From a virus: 40,479 bases of DNA. Location: IMG/VR virus record IMGVR_UViG_3300045988_091484; one strand, given 5' to 3'. This document shows positions 1-5,682 of this stretch, piece by piece. The first letter of the stretch is position 1. Every line of letters starts with the position of its first letter. Under the pieces are notes generated by a model. It worked only from the letters and a program-made list of their open reading frames with translations, had not been told where the DNA came from and searched no databases. The translations under genes and the position numbers were made by a program.

Positions 1-55
1 ATTGGAAATCATGTTGCCGGCGAATACCGGCACGGGGGTTCGAATCCCCCTCTCT
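1..55 (+). repeat. attL core (direct repeat copy 1)
   Basis: Identical to 40425-40479. The repeat may extend beyond both window edges. Confidence 0.95.
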
Positions 56-61
56 CCGCCA
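1..61 (+). tRNA. tRNA-Ser(GGA), 3' portion from anticodon loop to encoded CCA; the 5' part lies upstream of the window
   Basis: Anticodon loop TTGGAAA at 2-8 (GGA at 4-6). Long variable arm 14-33 with GCCGG/CCGGC stem (class II tRNA). T arm GGGGG-TTCGAAT-CCCCC at 34-50. Acceptor 3' strand TCTCTCC, discriminator G, CCA at 59-61. Confidence 0.85.
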
Positions 62-70
62 CAAAGTCAT

Positions 71-101
71 AGCCTGTCGAATAAGACGGGCTTTTTGTTT
101 T
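71..101 (+). terminator. Intrinsic terminator after the tRNA
   Basis: Stem AGCCTGTC (71-78) / GACGGGCT (85-92) with one G-U pair, followed by a T run. Confidence 0.6.
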
Positions 102-140
102 GTGAAAAATGAAATGTTTAAAGGTGTAAAAAATTGTTTT

Positions 141-162
141 TGCCCCCACTTTGCCCCCACTT
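141..162 (+). repeat. Tandem TGCCCCCACTT x2 (candidate integrase arm-type sites, P' arm)
   Basis: TGCCCCCACTT at 141-151 and 152-162. The same 11-mer pair recurs at 40322-40344. Confidence 0.6.
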
Positions 163-173
163 TGTTTTTTACA

Positions 174-203
174 CGAAAAAAGCCGAGGCAAATTCTCGGC
201 TTT
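174..203 (-). terminator. Intrinsic terminator downstream of int
   Basis: Stem AGCCGAG (181-187) / CTCGGCT (195-201). The A run at 175-180 gives a U run on the minus strand. Confidence 0.65.
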
Positions 204-209
204 AGAGTA

Positions 210-1268
210 TTAAATTATCTTTTTTAGGGTTTCTTTTACTCCGATTTCGAGATCCGGAATAAAGTGTCCATAGGTATCCATCGTCTGCTGGAATGTGCTA
301 TGGCCAAGTCTATGCTGCAGAGCTTTAAAATTTATACCTTCTTTTAAAAGCAAGGTGGCGTGTGTATGTCGGAGTCCGTGAAAAGTAAAGTCAGGTAGAC
401 CCATTGCGTTAAATGTCCGGCGGGCAATTTTTTCAATATGGTTTCTTTTTATCGGATTTCCCTCGGCATCGCAAAAAAGCAGATTTTCAGGATTGGGAGT
501 TCCTTTCATAGCTGATATGTGGTGCTGTATCAGCTTCATTGTTTCTCGATCTATAGATATTGTCCGGCGGGATGACTTGTTTTTTAAATCGTAAGATAGC
601 TGCTCTTTACCATTCACCCGGATTACAGAGCGCATGACTTTTATGGTTCCCCGCTTAAAATCAATCCCCCATTTACAATCAAGTCCGGAGATTTCTCCCA
701 TGCGGAGCCCGGTATATGCTGCAATCCGAAAATAAAGCTTTGTCCACTCTTCCGGGATTAGATCGAGCATTTCTTTTATTTGTGATTGCCGCAGGATGGA
801 AACTTCCTTCCGTTCTTGCTTGGCATGTTTTATATTTGTTAATGGGGATACAGGAATCGCCCCATCTTCCGCCGCCTGTTTTAGTGCAGCGTGCAGGATT
901 GTGTGCAGATTGTTGACAGTTCGCGGCGATTTTTCTTTCAGTAAATCTGCAAAATATGAGCGGAACATGGCCGGCGTCAGATCAGTTAAGAGTATTCTCC
1001 CGATGCGCGCCTCTGTTATATATTTTTTAATGGTATAGTAGTAATCTCTTTTCGTGACAGGGGATATATTCGGCGTTATAGATTCAAGCCACGCCTGCAT
1101 CCATTCTGACAATGTGACTTTTTGTGTGGCAAGCGGGCATTTTTCTAATAAATCAAGAAATGCAGACCGTTTATCTTTTGCTTCTTTAAGCGTTCGCCCC
1201 ATAAAATAATAACGTTTTTTGTTAATTTGGACGGTCACTTTATATCGACCGTCTTTTCTTTTCGGCAT
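210..1268 (-). CDS. int: Tyrosine-type site-specific integrase
   Basis: 352-aa ORF. Motifs AYTGLRMGEISGL, HGLRHTHATLLL (H-x-x-R) and LGHSTFQQTMDTYGHF (His...Tyr). AAGGAG RBS. Adjacent to attL. Confidence 0.95.
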   Translation of the reverse strand: MPKRKDGRYKVTVQINKKRYYFMGRTLKEAKDKRSAFLDLLEKCPLATQKVTLSEWMQAWLESITPNISPVTKRDYYYTIKKYITEARIGRILLTDLTPAMFRSYFADLLKEKSPRTVNNLHTILHAALKQAAEDGAIPVSPLTNIKHAKQERKEVSILRQSQIKEMLDLIPEEWTKLYFRIAAYTGLRMGEISGLDCKWGIDFKRGTIKVMRSVIRVNGKEQLSYDLKNKSSRRTISIDRETMKLIQHHISAMKGTPNPENLLFCDAEGNPIKRNHIEKIARRTFNAMGLPDFTFHGLRHTHATLLLKEGINFKALQHRLGHSTFQQTMDTYGHFIPDLEIGVKETLKKII

Positions 1269-1284
1269 TATAAAATCAGCTCCT

Positions 1285-1314
1285 TTGTTTGAATGGGGCT
1301 GATTATGCTATAAT
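1285..1314 (+). promoter_or_regulatory. Candidate extended -10 promoter (TTGTTT-18-TGcTATAAT)
   Basis: TTGTTT at 1285-1290 and TGCTATAAT at 1306-1314. It lies in the loop of a 10-bp inverted repeat (1296-1305 / 1322-1331). Confidence 0.3.
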
Positions 1315-1319
1315 ATATG

Positions 1320-1420
1320 CGTAATCAGCCCGTGGGGGTAATATTACCATTCTGAAGAGTATATTAGCAGTACTGCTTCAGATAACCGTCGTCATATTGC
1401 GAGTATGATGGCGGTTTTTA
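1320..1420 (+). ncRNA. Candidate ~100-nt structured small RNA, divergent from or antisense to the int leader
   Basis: Lies downstream of the candidate promoter. Hairpins at 1337-1348 and 1352-1381. Ends in a 12-bp terminator stem (1385-1396 / 1404-1415) plus T5. Two G-U pairs in that stem would be C-A mismatches on the other strand. No plus-strand ORF. Confidence 0.25.
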
Positions 1421-1435
1421 TATGGTTAAATAAAC

Positions 1436-1529
1436 GAAAAACCTCGCATCAATGAAGATACGAGGTTTTTTCGTGTAGGTGGCTAAAGCCACACAGTACT
1501 AATTGTAGGGAGGTCTTAGCCTCCTGAGT
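1436..1529 (-). ncRNA. Candidate ~90-nt small RNA or attenuated int leader, transcribed from a consensus promoter just downstream of the MazF-like gene
   Basis: Consensus promoter at 1536-1564. Hairpins GGAGG/CCTCC (1509-1524) and GTGGC/GCCAC (1479-1492). Ends at the terminator 1437-1471. No ORF with an RBS. Confidence 0.35.
1437..1471. terminator. Bidirectional intrinsic terminator
   Basis: Stem AACCTCG (1440-1446) / CGAGGTT (1461-1467), flanked by A5 on the left and T6 on the right. Confidence 0.6.
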
Positions 1530-1535
1530 ATCTTC

Positions 1536-1564
1536 ATTATATAGATATATTTTCTTGTTGTCAA
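1536..1564 (-). promoter_or_regulatory. Consensus sigma-A type promoter TTGACA-17-TATAAT on the minus strand
   Basis: Plus-strand TGTCAA at 1559-1564 and ATTATA at 1536-1541, with an exact 17-nt spacer. Confidence 0.6.
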
Positions 1565-1577
1565 ATATTTTATACGG

Positions 1578-2432
1578 TTATCTGATGATTTTTCCGGAAA
1601 TGAATGGAATAAGTTTATCGTAAATCTTTTTCATTGCTTGCTCAGGAAGTGATATTCCTGTCAGGACACTTGTTTCCTTTACCGGATCCATAATTCTCAT
1701 TTTACTGATTGTTGTTATTTGTGAAATTAATGCTATACTACCTTTTCTCATTTTATCAAATGCGGTGATATGCTTATTAAGTTGTTCTCGTTTTAATTCT
1801 AATGCTGAAATCTGAGAATTCAAAATTTTGTTTTCTTTTGATAAAATAGAAAGCTTAGTTTCCAAAGGAATTATTTTTAAATCACGGTCTGCGTCGTTTA
1901 ATTGCTCTTCTTTTAATTGTTTTAATTGGTCTGATAAATTATCAAAAGCTTTATTAAATTTTTCACGCCGCAAATTATATTCAATATCCATCATTTTATA
2001 TTCTTCTATAAGAGTATTCGTTTTTGCGGCGACACGAGAAAATAGAACTTCTCCTAAATCGACCTCAAACGGTCTTAATACAGTATCTTTTTCTTTCCTT
2101 GATCGCAACGGGAGCACAGCGACAACCCCAGATGAACGCGGGTTATTATCTAAAACAACTGCATAATGGAGCCCGCCTTCTTCTGCACCTGGGCGGAATC
2201 CGAAGTTTACGTTTATGATATCTCCACAGGAATATTTTTTCATAAATTTCGGGGAAAATTTATTTTCCCTATTTAACATATTTTTATAATCTTGGAGCCA
2301 ATAATAAAGAAGAGCTGATTTTTTATAATCATTGCTTTCTGACATAGCAATTAACTTGTCGGAATACTCTTTCATAAGTGCAGTTATATTTTTCTGCAGC
2401 TGCTTTTTGTTTTGAGGGTCTTTGAAATCCAT
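1578..2432 (-). CDS. MazF/PemK-fold toxin-like protein with an N-terminal helical extension and a ~100-aa coiled-coil insertion
   Basis: 284-aa ORF with a GGAG RBS. GDIINVNFGFRPGAEEGGLHYAVVL...VVAVLPLRS...RPFEVDLG (aa 70-127) and KGSIALISQITTISKMRIMD (aa 230-250) match the MazF/PemK strand pattern. The C-terminal helix is ISLPEQAMKKIYDKLIPFI. Heptad-rich aa 128-229 sit between the two halves. Confidence 0.65.
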   Translation of the reverse strand: MDFKDPQNKKQLQKNITALMKEYSDKLIAMSESNDYKKSALLYYWLQDYKNMLNRENKFSPKFMKKYSCGDIINVNFGFRPGAEEGGLHYAVVLDNNPRSSGVVAVLPLRSRKEKDTVLRPFEVDLGEVLFSRVAAKTNTLIEEYKMMDIEYNLRREKFNKAFDNLSDQLKQLKEEQLNDADRDLKIIPLETKLSILSKENKILNSQISALELKREQLNKHITAFDKMRKGSIALISQITTISKMRIMDPVKETSVLTGISLPEQAMKKIYDKLIPFISGKIIR

Positions 2433-2525
2433 AATTTATACTCCATAATAGGATGATTGAATAAACCTTTCAATAAAATAGGGGGATTTTCGAGGTAAAA
2501 ATAGACTTGAATAAAAATTGACACA

Positions 2526-2555
2526 AACGATTTCGAACGATTTCAGACGATTTTC
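2526..2555. repeat. Three 10-bp-phased direct repeats (A/G)ACGATTT(T)C
   Basis: AACGATTTC at 2526-2534, GAACGATTTC at 2535-2544 and AGACGATTTTC at 2545-2555. They sit upstream of the MazF-like gene, next to a weak minus-strand TTGTGT-17-TATTTT. Confidence 0.5.
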
Positions 2556-2625
2556 AGGTGTAAATATAAACGGATTTTTCGTTTATATATTATTGAGGGA
2601 TTGGCTGTGGATAATTCAATTTAAC

Positions 2626-2937
2626 TCATTTGTTTTTATAAGCTAATTCCCGATTTTGCCGTGCCTTTTTACTTAATTTAGACATAAGTTTAAAGTTATA
2701 TTCACCAACCAAAGAACTCATCCTAAATAAATCCAACAGTGCCCATAATCCAAATAATCCGGCTGTAAAAAAATAGAAGATGAATTTTATTGGACTATTT
2801 AAATATACATAATGCAACCCGAAACAGAACCAAAAGAAATATGCGGTACCTACGCTTTTTTTCTTTCGATAATACTCCTCCATGATTTCCGCATGCATTG
2901 GGTCATTTGCCATAAATACTTCATTCATTGAATCCAT
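2626..2937 (-). CDS. TM2-domain small membrane protein
   Basis: 103 aa. Two hydrophobic helices in the pattern SVGTAYFFWFCFGLHYVYLN...FFTAGLFGLWALLDLF, typical of the TM2 domain. GAGGAG RBS. Only 36 nt downstream of the ImmA gene, so probably the same operon. Confidence 0.7.
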   Translation of the reverse strand: MDSMNEVFMANDPMHAEIMEEYYRKKKSVGTAYFFWFCFGLHYVYLNSPIKFIFYFFTAGLFGLWALLDLFRMSSLVGEYNFKLMSKLSKKARQNRELAYKNK

Positions 2938-2972
2938 TTTTGTTACTCCTCTCTTTTGAATAATTAATTCTC

Positions 2973-3452
2973 TTACATTACATTTTCTCTACCTGCCGCG
3001 AAACACGGAAACACCGAAAACTGCTCTAACAACTTTTCTGTTGATTCAATCGTTAAAAGCTGTTCATCACGGATGCCGTCTATCATATCCGGACAATTTC
3101 GCATGCATGTGTGACTAATAAGAAGAAAGGCAAATTTATTGGCTTCGAGCTCATCTTTATTGATTGCTTCCTCTGTGATCACATGAGACCCTGAAAAATC
3201 AAGCCCGTCAGTATTTTGAAGCAATGTGTGCCCGAGTTCGTGTGCTAATATGACCTTTCGATGATTCCAGTCGAATTTTTCGTTAATCACAATTAGTCGA
3301 CGGTTTTTATAAGTAAAGGAAGCTCCCTGAAATGTTTCTGAATGCACATTCTCATAGTAGACCTCAATTCCAATTAGCGCTGCCAGCTTATCTGGATCAT
3401 TTGTTTTATGCTCCCTGATAATATCAACAACTTTTGGCAATAGCCTTTTCAC
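2973..3452 (-). CDS. ImmA/IrrE-family zinc metalloprotease
   Basis: 159 aa with the HELGH (HExxH) motif. Overlaps by 4 nt with the upstream XRE repressor gene, the classic ImmR/ImmA arrangement. Confidence 0.85.
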   Translation of the reverse strand: MKRLLPKVVDIIREHKTNDPDKLAALIGIEVYYENVHSETFQGASFTYKNRRLIVINEKFDWNHRKVILAHELGHTLLQNTDGLDFSGSHVITEEAINKDELEANKFAFLLISHTCMRNCPDMIDGIRDEQLLTIESTEKLLEQFSVFPCFAAGRENVM

Positions 3453-4105
3453 TTTCCTTTTCCTCCTTTATTTATTACTACTTGCATTAAATTTAAAAGC
3501 ATTTCCTTTTCTTGTTTATTGAGATTGTAGTTTCCGCCCCTAAATTTGATGTTTTTCGCATTTTGAATTATTTCGTCTAAGTGAATTGCATTCCTTTCTT
3601 CTTCCATTTCTTTTCTTAATTTTTCCGGATTTAGATAGTTTTTCCTGTTCATCGGAACATCAAACCCCATTAACCACACGGGGGAAACATTGAGCGCCTC
3701 CGCTAATATATCCACCTTATCTTGTTTTGCTTTATATCCTCCCTTGAGATATGTATTTATAGAGGATTTATTTATTCCAGTACGTCTATGGAGTTCTGTT
3801 TGAGTTATTTCTCGAATCTGCATAGCTTCAGAAAGTCGTTCAGCGAATGTTGCACTTTTCATAAATTTATCCTCCTTAGGGATATCTTCCCATCCAGTAA
3901 GATACGATGCGGGTACATCCAGAGCCAGCGCAATCTTTTTTATGATATCTATTCCTACTGTTTTTATTTGTCCATCTTCATAACGCTTGGTGTTACTTTC
4001 ACTGAGTCCGATATGCTCACCGAGTTCCTTTAATGTCATTTTTCTGGACTTTCTCATTTCTTTTATACGTGAGCCTACACGCCTGTTATATTGTGATTCA
4101 TCCAT
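3449..4105 (-). CDS. XRE-family phage repressor with two HTH domains
   Basis: 218 aa. Two HTH_XRE-like segments: MTLKELGEHIGLSESNTKRYEDG and ITQTELHRRTGINKSSINTYLKG. Divergent from the early operon. Confidence 0.85.
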   Translation of the reverse strand: MDESQYNRRVGSRIKEMRKSRKMTLKELGEHIGLSESNTKRYEDGQIKTVGIDIIKKIALALDVPASYLTGWEDIPKEDKFMKSATFAERLSEAMQIREITQTELHRRTGINKSSINTYLKGGYKAKQDKVDILAEALNVSPVWLMGFDVPMNRKNYLNPEKLRKEMEEERNAIHLDEIIQNAKNIKFRGGNYNLNKQEKEMLLNLMQVVINKGGKGK

Positions 4106-4144
4106 TTATTTCACCTCGCTTTTGTTAATGCAATAATACAACAA

Positions 4145-4163
4145 ATTTGTATAATATGCAAGT
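4145..4163. promoter_or_regulatory. Operator-like imperfect 8-3-8 dyad ATTTGTAT-AAT-ATGCAAGT
   Basis: Shares the half-site ACTTG(T/C)AT with the perfect dyad at 4242-4260 and with a half-site at 4187-4194. Confidence 0.5.
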
Positions 4164-4201
4164 ATATTATATCCTAAGATAAAAAAACTTGCATATAGTG
4201 C

Positions 4202-4229
4202 TTGACAATGTTCCGCCGATGCGTATAAT
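4202..4229 (+). promoter_or_regulatory. Early lytic promoter TTGACA-16-TATAAT
   Basis: TTGACA at 4202-4207 and TATAAT at 4224-4229, facing the early operon. Confidence 0.7.
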
Positions 4230-4241
4230 TAGTATAGAAAA

Positions 4242-4260
4242 ACTTGTATAAAATACAAGT
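4242..4260. promoter_or_regulatory. Operator: perfect 8-3-8 palindrome ACTTGTAT-AAA-ATACAAGT
   Basis: Perfect inverted repeat immediately downstream of the early promoter -10. Confidence 0.65.
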
Positions 4261-4284
4261 CGAATAAGAAAGGGGGTGAATCAA

Positions 4285-4524
4285 GTGGAAATGCTCAAGC
4301 TAAAAGGGGCTATAGTGGCAAATAAAAAGAACTATAAGGAATGTGCAGGATTTTCAGATCTTTGTGTAGTCATAAAAGTTTCTGCAAACAGCATGGATGA
4401 CATCAGGGAAATTGTGAAGCAGACGTCAGAAATACAAAAAGAGTACAGCTGCTACTGCACTCTTAATGTAAATCTTCCCAATAAGGTGTCAGGGATAAAA
4501 CTTACGCATGCATCTAAAGGGTGA
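4285..4524 (+). CDS. Hypothetical early protein in the cro position (GTG start; the ORF track starts at 4276)
   Basis: AAAGGGGG RBS 8 nt upstream of GTG 4285. First ORF after the early promoter. Cys-rich, with no convincing HTH. Confidence 0.45.
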   Translation: MEMLKLKGAIVANKKNYKECAGFSDLCVVIKVSANSMDDIREIVKQTSEIQKEYSCYCTLNVNLPNKVSGIKLTHASKG

Positions 4525-4780
4525 AATTATTGAACCAATTGACGCATTCCTTGTTGGCGCGAATGTCATAAGGGGCCAAAACTTGGAACACAGAATAAGA
4601 ATCATTAGGATCAATACGTTTTCTTATTTCTGCACCAATAACAGATGCAGAGAGAGAAGAGGAAACAAACCATGTTGATTTGTGAGGATTGCAATAAGCA
4701 GAAAAACTTCTCAGATAAGAAATCAATCGGGAATAATTTTGCCCTGGTGCATTCAGATCATAGTTAATTACATAGATCAT
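4514..4780 (-). CDS. Small alpha/beta protein with a Cas2/VapD-like (ferredoxin-like) sequence pattern, counter-oriented within the early operon
   Basis: 88 aa with a strong AAGGAGGTG RBS and its own consensus promoter. Opens with MIYVINYDL, followed by helix, STWFVSS and helix, then SYSVFQV. Confidence 0.55.
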   Translation of the reverse strand: MIYVINYDLNAPGQNYSRLISYLRSFSAYCNPHKSTWFVSSSLSASVIGAEIRKRIDPNDSYSVFQVLAPYDIRANKECVNWFNNFTL

Positions 4781-4805
4781 AATAGTTCACCTCCTTTCTG
4801 CCAAT

Positions 4806-4834
4806 ATTATAAGGGAGCGTGGAGTGTAAATCAA
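4806..4834 (-). promoter_or_regulatory. Consensus promoter TTGATT-17-TATAAT on the minus strand for the 4514-4780 gene
   Basis: Plus-strand AATCAA at 4829-4834 and ATTATA at 4806-4811, with a 17-nt spacer. Confidence 0.6.
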
Positions 4835-4852
4835 AGAAAGGAGGTGATCAAA

Positions 4853-5101
4853 ATGGATGAAAGAACGATCGGGATGACAATTACAGAAGTCTCAAGAGCG
4901 CTCCATATCGGAGTTGAGCAGCTCCGGGAGTATGCCCGGTCGGATCCGACGTTCCCGGTCTTCGCAGTCGGGAACAAGCTAATCACTACCGAGGCCGCAA
5001 TCAGCGAATGGGCAACAGCCCGGGCGAAAATGCGGGTCGGGATGAAAACAGAAGGTTCGGCGGTCATGGAGATTGTAAGAAGAAACAGGAGGCGGGCATG
5101 A
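4853..5101 (+). CDS. Excisionase-family / MerR-like HTH DNA-binding protein (candidate Xis)
   Basis: ATG 4853 follows AAAGGAGGTG. MTITEVSRALHIGVEQLREYARSDPTFPVFAVGNKLITTEAAISEW matches the excisionase-type HTH pattern. Confidence 0.65.
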   Translation: MDERTIGMTITEVSRALHIGVEQLREYARSDPTFPVFAVGNKLITTEAAISEWATARAKMRVGMKTEGSAVMEIVRRNRRRA

Positions 5102-5397
5102 ACAAACCCTTAATTTTCACAGCGGCTCTAATGTCAGCCGCACTGGTGGCAGGTGCCGCGGTGGACGCTGACAACATTTACAACCGGCTCTTCCCGGAAG
5201 TAAAAATTGTTGAGTACCGGAGAGAGGTAAAGGCAGGTGATACGCTCTGGGATATCTGTGGCGAAATTGCCACGGATAAGGAAGACCTGCGGAAACTGGT
5301 TTATCAAGCAAAGAAAGATAACAGGATTATGGACGTCGGCAACCTGCAGCCGGGAGCCTTAGTGATTGTAAAAGTAGAGGAGGCGAGAAATCAGTGA
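5098..5397 (+). CDS. Membrane-anchored LysM-like protein
   Basis: ATGA overlap with the upstream stop. N-terminal hydrophobic segment LIFTAALMSAALVAGAAV. VKAGDTLWDICGEI is LysM-like. Confidence 0.5.
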   Translation: MNKPLIFTAALMSAALVAGAAVDADNIYNRLFPEVKIVEYRREVKAGDTLWDICGEIATDKEDLRKLVYQAKKDNRIMDVGNLQPGALVIVKVEEARNQ

Positions 5398-5588
5398 ATG
5401 CAGAAGAAGAACTTAGTGTTTTGAAGGAAAAAATAGAAAAGATGAAGGAGACGTATAAGGGCGCGCAAGATTATGAGTATGAAAATTATAAGAAATATAA
5501 CGAAGAGGGTAATACGGTCGCGGCGAATCGGGCTCTCGGTAAATCCTATGCATTTGAGGCGATATATACGTACATCAAAAACATGTAA
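5394..5588 (+). CDS. Hypothetical small coiled-coil protein (GTG start)
   Basis: 64-aa ORF. Its start overlaps the upstream stop. Confidence 0.45.
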   Translation: MNAEEELSVLKEKIEKMKETYKGAQDYEYENYKKYNEEGNTVAANRALGKSYAFEAIYTYIKNM

Positions 5589-5682
5589 AAAGCCGACTGA
5601 TAACTGCAATTATCAATCGGCAGGCGGAAAATGTGAGTGATATTTCCGCCTCTATATTATCAGAAAATGGAGGAATAGACAA

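Noticed and set aside
9-191. 60-aa minus-strand ORF across the tRNA/attL region
   Set aside because: It overlaps the tRNA 3' half, the terminator and the arm repeats, and has no RBS. It is a chance ORF.
2445-2473. TTGAAA-17-TATTAT promoter for the MazF-like gene
   Set aside because: The hexamers are good, but the -10 abuts the RBS. The transcript would start inside or after the RBS and be near-leaderless. It is kept only as a possibility.
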